Source: Candidatus Aerophobota bacterium (lineage in GTDB: Bacteria; Aerophobota; Aerophobia; Aerophobales; JAGGXI01). From it: a stretch of 52,606 nucleotides of DNA. The position numbers and the translations under genes are program-made. Shown here piece after piece: positions 25,625 to 34,659 of this stretch; within the stretch, counting starts at the first letter, position 1; each line of letters starts with the position of its first letter. The stretch covers positions 1 through 52,606 of the forward strand of contig JAGGXI010000085.1 of the NCBI GenBank assembly GCA_021163155.1, written 5' to 3'. The notes below the pieces were generated by a model that saw only the letters and a list, made by a program, of their open reading frames with translations, was not told where the DNA came from and did no database searches.

Positions 25625-27214
25625 ATGGCAAACGTAACAATCAACAAAAATATAGAGCAGGGGGAAATAGTAGTTGTTTTTTCTTCGTATGATCCTAAAT
25701 TTGTGACTAAAGTTAAATCTATTGAGGGTCATAGGTGGCACCCGGATAAGAAGTATTGGAGTTTTCCCTACTCAGAAGATATTATTAAAAGGATTTTATC
25801 GGTTTTTAAGGGTGAAAATATCCATGTAGATTCTACTTTACAAGTTTCTTTTAATCAAAATGCCGATAAGCGAGTACCGAATCAAGCTCAAATCACGAAG
25901 ATAGCAAAAAAAGAGAAAGAACTTTCTATTAATCTTAATCATGAAGATATGATAAAAGTGAGTGAAAATAGAGAATTTTATAAATTGCCTTCGCTTTTAC
26001 AAAGTTTGTTTGAAGACAGAGTAGAATTATTACCATCAGTTAATGAATTATTTGAGCTAGAATTAGCCTATTTGGAGTATAATTGTTTACCAAAAGAAAA
26101 TTTGTTGGATAGGTTAGCCTATTTTAAATCTGTTGATAGTAAATTTACAAAGCACTTTTTAATGTACAATCATCCTACGAAAGCACTTACAGATAACCGA
26201 TTAGCAAATACAAAAGCTTATTTTGAAAATGGATTATTTTCCACAGGGTATGCGACGCATGGACTATTTCCTTATCGTGGAAAGTTTCATCCTCAGTTAA
26301 TTAAAGCTTTGATTAATACCATTGGAATAAAAAAGGGAGAGACTATTTTAGACCCAATGTGCGGGAGTGGAACAACAAACATTGAATCCGCATTAATGGG
26401 TATAAATTCTTACGCGATTGATTTAAGCCCCTTTTGTCAGTTTATGATCAAAGTAAAGTACAATAGTTTATCTATAAACATTGAACTATTAAAAGGAATT
26501 TCCAATAAATCAGAACAGCTATTTAATTTCTTTAGCATTAACGAACCACAAAAACAGTTACAAGAAATTAAAGATATTGAAAAATTAAAAGTTTATGAAT
26601 TGGCTCTACTTGCTTTTTTAGATTCTCTTGGATATTCTAAGAGAGTGGTTAAATCCAGTCATAAACAGCTTTTTACAAAAGTTCTAAAAAGATATGAAAG
26701 AACAGTTATTGATTTTATATTAAATAGCTCTCAATATATAAGTGAATTAGGAACCGTTAACATTTTAGAAGATGCTACTGCAAAGAAGATACCGTTAGAA
26801 GATAGCTCAATTGATGGGGTAATTACATCTCCACCGTATTCATTCGCTATTGATTATGTAAAAAATGATGAAGCTCAATTAAAGTTTCTGGGGTATAATG
26901 TTGACGATATTAGGAATGAAATGGTTGGTTTAATTGGCAAAAATAAAAATGAGCGATTAGAAAATTATTTTAAAGATATGGAATCTGTATGTTCAGAAGT
27001 ATCAAGGGTGCTAAAAAAAGATAAATATTTTGTGATGATTATAGGGTCTAATACAAATCAAACTGGCGGTATCAGGTTGGAAAGTAAGATAATAGAGTCT
27101 TGCAAAAAACATAATTTAACATTGGTTAAAAGCATTTTAAAGCCCATAAAAGGTATGAGAAACACGATGAAGGATGAATATATATTATTTTTTAAGAAAC
27201 AAGGAGGGAAATAA
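25625..27214 (+). CDS. DNA methyltransferase (motif I before motif IV, SPPY type) with an N-terminal integrase-associated small domain
   Basis: 529 aa. aa 1-70 read VVVFSSYDPKFVTKVKSIEGHRWHPDKKYWSFPYSEDIIKRILSVFKGENIHVD. The methyltransferase core has HGLFPYRGKFHPQL, ILDPMCGSGTT (motif I) and DGVITSPPYSFAIDY (motif IV). Confidence 0.75.
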   Translation: MANVTINKNIEQGEIVVVFSSYDPKFVTKVKSIEGHRWHPDKKYWSFPYSEDIIKRILSVFKGENIHVDSTLQVSFNQNADKRVPNQAQITKIAKKEKELSINLNHEDMIKVSENREFYKLPSLLQSLFEDRVELLPSVNELFELELAYLEYNCLPKENLLDRLAYFKSVDSKFTKHFLMYNHPTKALTDNRLANTKAYFENGLFSTGYATHGLFPYRGKFHPQLIKALINTIGIKKGETILDPMCGSGTTNIESALMGINSYAIDLSPFCQFMIKVKYNSLSINIELLKGISNKSEQLFNFFSINEPQKQLQEIKDIEKLKVYELALLAFLDSLGYSKRVVKSSHKQLFTKVLKRYERTVIDFILNSSQYISELGTVNILEDATAKKIPLEDSSIDGVITSPPYSFAIDYVKNDEAQLKFLGYNVDDIRNEMVGLIGKNKNERLENYFKDMESVCSEVSRVLKKDKYFVMIIGSNTNQTGGIRLESKIIESCKKHNLTLVKSILKPIKGMRNTMKDEYILFFKKQGGK

Positions 27215-27215
27215 A

Positions 27216-27517
27216 ATGCTAGATATTATGGAAAAAATACCTTCTGAAATAGAAGATCAGGAAATGGAAGTATAGTTTATAAAATCGCTAATTATCCTGC
27301 AGATTTCACCTTACAGGGTTTATACGATAAACAGGAACATGAAAATATACTACAAAAAATTGATACAAAAAGTATAGATGGATTAAATAGTATAGTTAAT
27401 AACAAAAATAATATTGCACATGGTAAAGTATCAAATGCTACTGTTGGAGATATTATGGGCTATCATCAAAATGCGTTAAAAATTTTTGAGGTGTTGGAAA
27501 AAATATTATTATCTTAA
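27216..27517 (+). pseudogene. frameshifted remnant ORF with a HEPN-like C-terminal piece
   Basis: ATG 27216 gives MLDIMEKIPSEIEDQEMEV*. The +2 frame (27248-27517) has no start and reads ..GSIVYKIANYPADFTLQGLYDK..NNKNNIAHGKVSNATVGDI..LKIFEVLEKILLS*. NNIAHG resembles the RNxIAHG of MAE_28990-type HEPN domains, but the Arg is missing. Confidence 0.3.
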
Positions 27518-27545
27518 TTATTAAAATGAAACGGAGAGGATTAAG

Positions 27546-28535
27546 TTGAGTTATCTATCATTAGACAAAAAATTCAATACTGTTATTACAAAAAACACCT
27601 TTTATTTTTACAATAAAGAATTTGAGGAAGCATACGAAGGATATGTTAATTCAATCAAAGAAACTTTACTTGTTTTAAAGAATCAAGTCCAAAATAAAGG
27701 GTTGAGAAAAGAATTATTTGAGGACTTAATTCATAAAAAAAAGAATGGATTGAGGGCTTTACTTGCATTAACAGGTTTTTCAAATGAGAGCCTAAAAAGA
27801 CTTATAACCTTTATACGAATAATTGATGATCCGGAATTAAACGTTCTTATTTATAAAGAAAAATGGATAACAGAAGCAGAAATAAATGATAAGGAGAATA
27901 TTAAGGAATGGTCAGATAAGAAAATTGGGAAGAGAATACGAGAAAGCGAGTTTTTTAGAAAAGGTTTAGTAAATATCTTTTTTGAAGGTTCTACAATTCC
28001 AATTCTTTCTAATGTTTTGCCGCTCTTTGAACTTAAAAAATTGAGTATTTCGAAGCTAAATTTTGAAATAGATGCATTAATTGATACATTGATTCGTTAT
28101 AAAGAAAAAGGTTCCTATTCAGGCAAGAAAGAGAATAATCCAGAAGTAGTTATCGAGGATATGCTTGATGAACTGGGGATTAGATTTGAGAAGGGAGATT
28201 TGGGAGAGTTGATAAACAATGCTCCAGATACAAAAAGAACAATGGATTTTATTATTCCTGATAAAAAAAGCCCAAAAATAATTATTGAGTGTTCATATTT
28301 AGTTACGACCTCCTCAGGCCAAGGAGATAAGTCAAAAACAGAGATTTCAATTGATTCCTTAATTAAAGAACATTATCCTGATGCTCATTTTTGGGGCTTC
28401 GTTGATGGAATTGGTTGGTATGTAAGAAAAAACGACCTAAAAAGAATGGTTGTTGCTTATGAGGATGTTTTTACATTCCACCAGGGGGAATTAGAGCGAT
28501 TTAAACAATTACTGAAAGAAGTTTTTGGCAGATGA
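27546..28535 (+). CDS. candidate type II restriction endonuclease (PD-(D/E)xK-like, weak DpnII/MboI-like C-terminal pattern)
   Basis: 329 aa. TTG start after GGAGAGGA. The C-terminal KRTMDFIIPDKKSPKIIIECSYLVTTSSGQGDKSKTE..FWGFVDGIGWYVRKNDL looks like a D..E.S/K nuclease core. A 4-nt ATGA overlap couples it to the downstream methyltransferase. Confidence 0.5.
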   Translation: MSYLSLDKKFNTVITKNTFYFYNKEFEEAYEGYVNSIKETLLVLKNQVQNKGLRKELFEDLIHKKKNGLRALLALTGFSNESLKRLITFIRIIDDPELNVLIYKEKWITEAEINDKENIKEWSDKKIGKRIRESEFFRKGLVNIFFEGSTIPILSNVLPLFELKKLSISKLNFEIDALIDTLIRYKEKGSYSGKKENNPEVVIEDMLDELGIRFEKGDLGELINNAPDTKRTMDFIIPDKKSPKIIIECSYLVTTSSGQGDKSKTEISIDSLIKEHYPDAHFWGFVDGIGWYVRKNDLKRMVVAYEDVFTFHQGELERFKQLLKEVFGR

Positions 28536-29452
28536 TAGGTAAATATATTAATAGTGTGATTCAGGGAGATTGTTTAAAAGTTATGCGAGATATTCCGGAT
28601 AATAGTGTAGATATAACATTCGCTGACCCTCCTTTTAATTTAAAGAAAAAATATAATGGATATAAGGATAATAAAGAATTTAGCGCATATTTGGATTGGT
28701 GTAAGCAGTGGATTTATGAAATGGTTAGAATTACAAAGCCTAACGGTTCTATATTTGTCCACAATATTCCGAAATGGCTAACATATTATGCAGGTTTTTT
28801 GAATAAAAATGCTTATTTTAAACACTGGATTGCGTGGGATGCACCAACCGCACCAATGGGGAAAAGCTTGCAACCTTCTCATTATGGCATTTTATATTAT
28901 GCGAAGGATTTAAAACAGAATAAATTTTATGAAATCCGTTATCCGCATAAGCGATGTAGAAAGTGTGGCTATCTTCTAAAAGATTATGGTGGGAAAAAAG
29001 CCGGGTTGCATCCGTTTGGACCATTAGTATCTGATGTGTGGACTGATATCCATCGAATTAAACACAATAAATATAGAAACGAACATCCGTGTCAGTTGCC
29101 GATACATTTATTAGAAAGGATAGTTCTGATGAGTACAAATGAAAATGATATTGTATTAGATCCTTTTGTTGGAACTGGAACAACTGTTATTGCTGCAAAG
29201 AGATTGGGACGAAGATTTATTGGGATTGATATTGATGAAAAGTATGCAAATATCACAAAAGATAAACTATCCAGAGAATCATCCAACTCTAAGATTGGTG
29301 ATGTTTGGGTTAGCTTTTACCTGGATGAGATAGCAACAATTAGAGATATAGACTGGGTAAAATTGGCGCAATATTTCTTGATTCCTGAGAATATTAAAGA
29401 TATTGACTTTACAAAAATAAAATTTGGTAGGCAAATAACATTATTAAAATAA
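28532..29452 (+). CDS. beta-class N6-adenine/N4-cytosine DNA methyltransferase
   Basis: 306 aa. Motif IV DITFADPPFN is near the N-terminus. Motif I VLDPFVGTGTTVIAAKRLGRRFIGIDID is near the C-terminus. A CRKCGY zinc-like insertion lies between them. Confidence 0.85.
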   Translation: MIGKYINSVIQGDCLKVMRDIPDNSVDITFADPPFNLKKKYNGYKDNKEFSAYLDWCKQWIYEMVRITKPNGSIFVHNIPKWLTYYAGFLNKNAYFKHWIAWDAPTAPMGKSLQPSHYGILYYAKDLKQNKFYEIRYPHKRCRKCGYLLKDYGGKKAGLHPFGPLVSDVWTDIHRIKHNKYRNEHPCQLPIHLLERIVLMSTNENDIVLDPFVGTGTTVIAAKRLGRRFIGIDIDEKYANITKDKLSRESSNSKIGDVWVSFYLDEIATIRDIDWVKLAQYFLIPENIKDIDFTKIKFGRQITLLK

Positions 29453-29510
29453 GGATGAGGAAAAAGGAAGATTGGACTCTATTATTCTTTTTTCAACCTG
29501 CATATTACCC

Positions 29511-29726
29511 TTAGATAAGTAAATTCTCGTAGAGTTCTTTCAATCTTAAAGCATCTCCCGTAAGCTTACTTTTATCAATTTTCTTATAATATTCAAAAAA
29601 ATGTATTATATGCAAACATAAATCCTGTAAACTATCCTCAGGTGTATCTCCAGTGCCGCAAATAACAAAATTTTCATTCTCAGCAAAAAATAAATCATCT
29701 TTACGATAAATCTTTACTAATCTCAC
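29511..29726 (-). CDS. small hypothetical protein (possibly HicB-like antitoxin fold)
   Basis: 71 aa. ..FVICGTGDTPEDSLQDLCLHIIHFFEYY.. loosely resembles HicB-type antitoxins. No partner gene is seen. Confidence 0.35.
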   Translation of the reverse strand: MRLVKIYRKDDLFFAENENFVICGTGDTPEDSLQDLCLHIIHFFEYYKKIDKSKLTGDALRLKELYENLLI

Positions 29727-29792
29727 TCCCTCTTTTTTTTGATTTTTAACCCTCTATCCCTATAATCCTTTAATCCTGTCTTTCATTGAGTC

Positions 29793-29868
29793 TGGAGCTG
29801 GCGAAGGGATTCGAACCCCCGACCTGATGATTACAAATCATCTGCTCTACCAATTGAGCTACGCCAGC
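29793..29868 (-). tRNA. tRNA-Thr (anticodon UGU), CCA encoded
   Basis: The reverse complement reads GCTGGCGTAGCTCAATTGGTAGAGCAGATGATTTGTAATCATCAGGTCGGGGGTTCGAATCCCTTCGCCAGCTCCA. Anticodon stem GATGA/TCATC with loop TTTGTAA. Confidence 0.9.
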
Positions 29869-29875
29869 CTAATTT

Positions 29876-31324
29876 TTATTTTTTTACCTTCCATATAGTC
29901 TCTGTTTCTTCGTCTTCTAACTCAATTCCTAAATTATCCAGTTTTTCTCTTATTTTGTCGGCTAAAGCCCAGTTTTTCTCTTTTCTCAGCTCATTTCTTA
30001 TATTCAATAAAATTTTTATTAAATCTTCCTCTTTACCTTGCAGGTTTTCTCTTTTTTCTTCCTGGAAAAGTCCTAATATTTTCCCCATCTTCTTAATCTT
30101 TTCCTTTGTCTTTAAAAGAAGCTCATAGGAAAGATTGTCTAAGTAATCTGTCTTATTGAGAAGTAAATTTGCTCTTTTAATTCCCTCAAAGATAATAGAT
30201 AGAACAACCGGAGTATCAAAGTCATCATCCATAGCCAGGGTAAATTTTTCTTCTACCTCTTTAAGATAAAGAGAAAGTTCACTCACTTCTTTTTCTATTT
30301 TAGTTTTGTTGGGAGAAGATTTTTTATCCTTTTTCTCTATCCTTTCTATCTTTTGTAGAGTGTTATAAACCCTTTTTAAAGAAGAAGCGGCTTTTTTTAG
30401 ACTCGTCTCTTCATAGCTTAAAGGACTTCTGTAATGGGCAGAGAGTAAAAAATACCTTATTGTTTCTCCGTTATATTTTTTAAGAGCATTGGATAAAGTA
30501 AAGACATTGCCAATAGATTTTGACATTTTCTGTTTTCCCATAATAAGCAGTCCGTTATGCAACCAGTATTTGGCAAACTCTTTATGCGTAGCTCCTTCTG
30601 ATTGAGCAATTTCATTTTCATGATGGGGAAAAATAAGGTCATTTCCTCCGCCATGAATATCTATACTTTCCCCTAAGTATTTCATTGCCATAGCTGAGCA
30701 CTCTATATGCCAACCAGGCCTTCCTTCTCCCCAGGGGCTATCCCAGGAAGGCTCTTCCTTTTTTTTCTTTTTCCATAAAGCAAAATCAAGTGGGTCTTCC
30801 TTTTTCTTATTTTCTTCCACTCTTACAGCTACCGAAAGGTCTTTAATGTTTTGATGAGAGAGTTTTCCGTATGAGGAAAATTTTCTTACTTTAAAGAAAA
30901 CATCCCCGTCCTTATCATAAGCAAAGCCATTATTCTCTAATTGTTTAATTAATTTTATTATTTCCTTTATATGTTCAGTAGCACGAGGATAATAATTTGC
31001 TTTTTTCACGCCTAAAAGTTCTATTTGTTGAAAATATTCTTTTGTAAACTTTTTTGCTAAATCAAAAATGGATGTTCCTAAAACTTTAGCTCTATTAATC
31101 ATTTTGTCATCTACATCAGTAAAGTTAGTCACGTATTTTACTTTATAGCCCTTATATTCCAAATAACGATTAATTACATCAAAGATTATTACTGCTCTGG
31201 CATGTCCTAAATGCATATGGTCGTAAAGAGTTACCCCACATACATATATCTTAACGCAGTTTTTATCCAGGGGAATAAATTTTTCTTTTCTTCTTGTTAA
31301 TGTGTTATATACTTTAAGAGGCAT
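29876..31324 (-). CDS. cysS: cysteine--tRNA ligase
   Basis: 482 aa. The HIGH motif is present as HLGHAR. Also WHIECSAM and KMSKS. Confidence 0.95.
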   Translation of the reverse strand: MPLKVYNTLTRRKEKFIPLDKNCVKIYVCGVTLYDHMHLGHARAVIIFDVINRYLEYKGYKVKYVTNFTDVDDKMINRAKVLGTSIFDLAKKFTKEYFQQIELLGVKKANYYPRATEHIKEIIKLIKQLENNGFAYDKDGDVFFKVRKFSSYGKLSHQNIKDLSVAVRVEENKKKEDPLDFALWKKKKKEEPSWDSPWGEGRPGWHIECSAMAMKYLGESIDIHGGGNDLIFPHHENEIAQSEGATHKEFAKYWLHNGLLIMGKQKMSKSIGNVFTLSNALKKYNGETIRYFLLSAHYRSPLSYEETSLKKAASSLKRVYNTLQKIERIEKKDKKSSPNKTKIEKEVSELSLYLKEVEEKFTLAMDDDFDTPVVLSIIFEGIKRANLLLNKTDYLDNLSYELLLKTKEKIKKMGKILGLFQEEKRENLQGKEEDLIKILLNIRNELRKEKNWALADKIREKLDNLGIELEDEETETIWKVKK

Positions 31325-31802
31325 TTTTTTCTCCAGATACTAAACTTGCTACTGCCCAGCAGGCAATTCCTTTTTTCTCACCCAGAAAGCCGAGTCCTTC
31401 CGAGGTTGTAGCTTTAATTCCTACTTGCTCTAATTTTAGTTGTAAAGTTTGAGTAATGTTTTTTTTCATTTGATGAATATAGGGAGAAAGTTTTGGTTCC
31501 TCTGCTACAAGAGTAGCATCTATATTGTTTATTTTAAATTTATCCTCTTTGATGATTTTAAGAATTTCCTTTAATAAATTTAAACTCGAAACCCCTTTAT
31601 ATTTAATGTCGTTATTGGGGAAGAAAAAACCAATATCTCTTTTTCCTGCCGCTCCCAAAAGAGCATCTCCTATACTATGAGCAAGGACATCAGCATCAGA
31701 ATATCCGTCTAAACCCATCTTATAGGGAATGTCGACTCCTCCGATGATTAATTTTCTCCCTTTTGTTAAAGGATGCACATCATAGCCTATCCCTACACGC
31801 AT
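31314..31802 (-). CDS. ispF: 2-C-methyl-D-erythritol 2,4-cyclodiphosphate synthase
   Basis: 162 aa. RVGIGYDVH and YSDADVLAHSIGDALLGA. Confidence 0.9.
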   Translation of the reverse strand: MRVGIGYDVHPLTKGRKLIIGGVDIPYKMGLDGYSDADVLAHSIGDALLGAAGKRDIGFFFPNNDIKYKGVSSLNLLKEILKIIKEDKFKINNIDATLVAEEPKLSPYIHQMKKNITQTLQLKLEQVGIKATTSEGLGFLGEKKGIACWAVASLVSGEKNAS

Positions 31803-32483
31803 CTATTGTATCTCTTCTAAAAGAAACTCAGCAAGTTTTAAATCTTGAGGAGTGGTAATTTTTATATTTCTTTCATCTCCAATAATTACCCTTACCCTTC
31901 CCCCCAATCTTTCTACTAATAAGGCATCATCGCTTGCTTTTTTCTTTGAACCTTCTCTTTTTACGTAAGCTTCCCAGATCATATCTCTTTTAAATCCCTG
32001 GGGAGTCTGAATAGAGTAAAGATTCTCTCTTTTTAGAGTTTTAATCACTAAATTATTTTTGTCAACTCTCTTAACCGTTTCTTTTATAGGAATACCTAAA
32101 CTTACTGCTCCCTCTTTTTCTGTCTGATGGATGACTTTTTCTATCAAATGAGAGGAAATCAAGGGACGCACTCCATCATGGATAACTACAATGTCTGTAT
32201 CTTTGTCTACTATTTTTAAACCCTGGAAGACGGAATCCTCCCTCTCTTTGCCTCCTTCTACCAATTCTTTTACTTTCTTATATTCAAAAAAAACTTTTTT
32301 TACATAATCTTTCATTCCTGGCGGAATAACTACAATAATTTCGTCTATCATCCTACATTCTTCAAATCTCTTTACTACCCACCAGATTATAGGTTTTCCT
32401 CTTAAAAGATGAAATTGTTTATATTTGTTTTTACTGAACCTTTCTCCTTTTCCAGCAGCTACAATAATAACTTCAGCTCTCAC
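31803..32483 (-). CDS. ispD: 2-C-methyl-D-erythritol 4-phosphate cytidylyltransferase
   Basis: 226 aa. IIVAAGKGERF, VVIHDGVRP and IQTPQGF. Confidence 0.9.
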   Translation of the reverse strand: MRAEVIIVAAGKGERFSKNKYKQFHLLRGKPIIWWVVKRFEECRMIDEIIVVIPPGMKDYVKKVFFEYKKVKELVEGGKEREDSVFQGLKIVDKDTDIVVIHDGVRPLISSHLIEKVIHQTEKEGAVSLGIPIKETVKRVDKNNLVIKTLKRENLYSIQTPQGFKRDMIWEAYVKREGSKKKASDDALLVERLGGRVRVIIGDERNIKITTPQDLKLAEFLLEEIQ

Positions 32484-32496
32484 TACGTTTTCTCTC

Positions 32497-33531
32497 TTAT
32501 CTCTTTTTTTTGTTCTTTTTCTTATTTGTTTCGTTTTTTACTGCCTCTGTAAATATCATTTTTCCTGTAGAAGTTTGGAGAACAGAAGTAACAGAAACCT
32601 CCATTTTTTTGCCAATATAGTTTTTCCCTCCCTCTACCACCACCATAGTTCCATCTTCAAGGTAAGCTACCCCCTGATTAGGGTTTTCTCCTTCCTTGAG
32701 AACATTAATTGTTAAATTTTCTCCTGGTAGGAGAATGGGCTTAAGGGCTGTAGCTATCTCATTGATATTTAAAACTTTCACGTCCTGAATTTTAGCTACT
32801 TTTTTTAAGTTATGGTCATTGGTAACTATCTCTCCTCCTATTGATTTAGCTAACTGGATAAGTTTTGCATCTACTTCCTGTGTTTCAGGAAAGTCCTTAT
32901 CCAGAATTTCTACAGGAATAATCCCTTGATCTTGAAGTTTTTTTACTATATCTAACCCCCTCCTACCTCGGATTCGTTTAGTAGAAGAAGAGGAATCAGC
33001 TATTTGTTGGAGTTCTGCAAGAACAAAACGAGGAATAACTAAAGTCCCTCCAATAAAACCATTTTCACAAAGATCAGCTATTCTCCCATCAATTATTACT
33101 GAAGTATCCAGGATTTTATATTTTTTTTCTTCAATATAAAATTTTTTACCGCTGATATGAGCGATGAAATCGCTTATCTCATCATCCCTTTTAAGGAAAA
33201 CTGTAAACCCTATACCGGCGAATATTATATTAATTGAAATGAGAAGAAAAGATGCGAATGGCTTTAAAAAAGGAACTAATAAAATAGGGTAAGCTATGAG
33301 ATTACCCAGAAGAGCTCCTCCTCCAAAACCTATTCCTCCAACTACAAGTTTTCTTACAGAAAGTTGATTAAGTCTTTGCTTGACAATAATTATTAAGGTA
33401 GTTATCCCTCCTCCTACTACAGCAGGCATTAAAGGACTAAAACCTAATTTCTTTGCTATATCATAGCATGCAATACCGACTAATATAATAGATGCTATTT
33501 TATATAATATGTATATTTTTTTTGTTTTCAT
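32497..33531 (-). CDS. membrane-anchored PIN/TRAM-domain protein (YacL-like)
   Basis: 344 aa. N-terminal TM helices, a PIN core (ILDTSVIIDGRI..), and a C-terminal TRAM domain. Sits in the canonical position between disA and ispD. Confidence 0.8.
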   Translation of the reverse strand: MKTKKIYILYKIASIILVGIACYDIAKKLGFSPLMPAVVGGGITTLIIIVKQRLNQLSVRKLVVGGIGFGGGALLGNLIAYPILLVPFLKPFASFLLISINIIFAGIGFTVFLKRDDEISDFIAHISGKKFYIEEKKYKILDTSVIIDGRIADLCENGFIGGTLVIPRFVLAELQQIADSSSSTKRIRGRRGLDIVKKLQDQGIIPVEILDKDFPETQEVDAKLIQLAKSIGGEIVTNDHNLKKVAKIQDVKVLNINEIATALKPILLPGENLTINVLKEGENPNQGVAYLEDGTMVVVEGGKNYIGKKMEVSVTSVLQTSTGKMIFTEAVKNETNKKKNKKKR

Positions 33532-33560
33532 AATTTTTTTAATCTCCTATTATCTATAAC

Positions 33561-34628
33561 TCAAGATTTTTCTATCAATGCTTTATTTTTTAGGCGCTGC
33601 AATTCTTTTCTAATTATATGTGCTCTTTTTTCACCCACTTCACTAATTTCCATTAACTGGTTTGTATTGGAATTTACAATATTTGGTAAATCTTCTAATG
33701 CTTTTATTACATTTTTTATTACAATATGAGGCAAACGGGGAATTTTTGAGAGAACTCGGTATCCCCGCGGAAAAACAAGTAAATCTAAACTCTCAGTTTT
33801 TGCTTCGTATCCCAAAATACGCACAATATTAATTGGCTCCAAAAGTTCATTCATCTCTATATTTTCCAATTCAAAACAGACTTTTTTATAATCTTTTCTG
33901 GAATAGTCCTGTATTATCTGCAGAACCTCATCCAAAGTATCTCCTATTATCTCTTTTAGTTGCATCTTTATTAACCTTGCTTCTTCGCCCAATTCTGTAA
34001 TATATCTATCTATTTCCCTCTTTATTCTTTTTATCATTTGGCCTCTTTGAATAATCTTTATTACATTAAATAACCTCACTTCATCCTGAAACTCTAAAAT
34101 CTCTAATTCTTTTAATATTTCATCAAAGACCACTCGATGCTTTTCTAGAGTCTGCAGAGCTTGATTAGCTCTGCTTATGAGCTCAAGTAGGGTTTTTAAC
34201 ACATATTTTGTCTCTCCCTGATAAAGGCTTATTGTCCTTCGAGCTCTAGAGATAGCAATAACAGGGCAGCCTGTTTGCTTAGCCATTCGTTCAGCTGCTC
34301 TGTGGCGAGTTCCTCTCTCGTTAGTGGAGATAAGATAATCAGGAATCAATTGAGTATTAGCGTATAGAATTGTTTTTACGTCTTTGGATATAATAATCGC
34401 TCCGTCCATTTTAGCTAATTCTGCCAAAGCAGCCGGAGTAAGAGGGCAATCTATTTTAAATCCTCCGTCTATGGTTTTAAGGACTTCCTCTGTATCTCCT
34501 ATAACAATCAAAGCACCTGTACTTGCCTGGAGGATTATTTCTAATCCTTGCTTAAGAGTAGTTCCAGGAGATACAAGATTAAGCAGGTTTGATAAATTTT
34601 TTTCTTCGTTTTCTAAATTATTAGACAT
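33561..34628 (-). CDS. disA: DNA integrity scanning protein DisA (diadenylate cyclase)
   Basis: 355 aa. DAC-domain motifs GALIVIGD, DGAIIIS and RGTRHRAAER, plus a C-terminal HhH domain. Confidence 0.9.
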   Translation of the reverse strand: MSNNLENEEKNLSNLLNLVSPGTTLKQGLEIILQASTGALIVIGDTEEVLKTIDGGFKIDCPLTPAALAELAKMDGAIIISKDVKTILYANTQLIPDYLISTNERGTRHRAAERMAKQTGCPVIAISRARRTISLYQGETKYVLKTLLELISRANQALQTLEKHRVVFDEILKELEILEFQDEVRLFNVIKIIQRGQMIKRIKREIDRYITELGEEARLIKMQLKEIIGDTLDEVLQIIQDYSRKDYKKVCFELENIEMNELLEPINIVRILGYEAKTESLDLLVFPRGYRVLSKIPRLPHIVIKNVIKALEDLPNIVNSNTNQLMEISEVGEKRAHIIRKELQRLKNKALIEKS

Positions 34629-34659
34629 CTTTAATCCTCTGAAAATCAGTGAATAGTAA

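Noticed and set aside
25355-25625. attL/attR direct repeat of the tRNA-Thr 3' end marking an integrated element
   Set aside because: No copy of the tRNA 3' segment (e.g. GGTTCGAATCCCTTCGCCAGC or its complement) is visible at the left border of the islet. The integration model therefore remains inference only.
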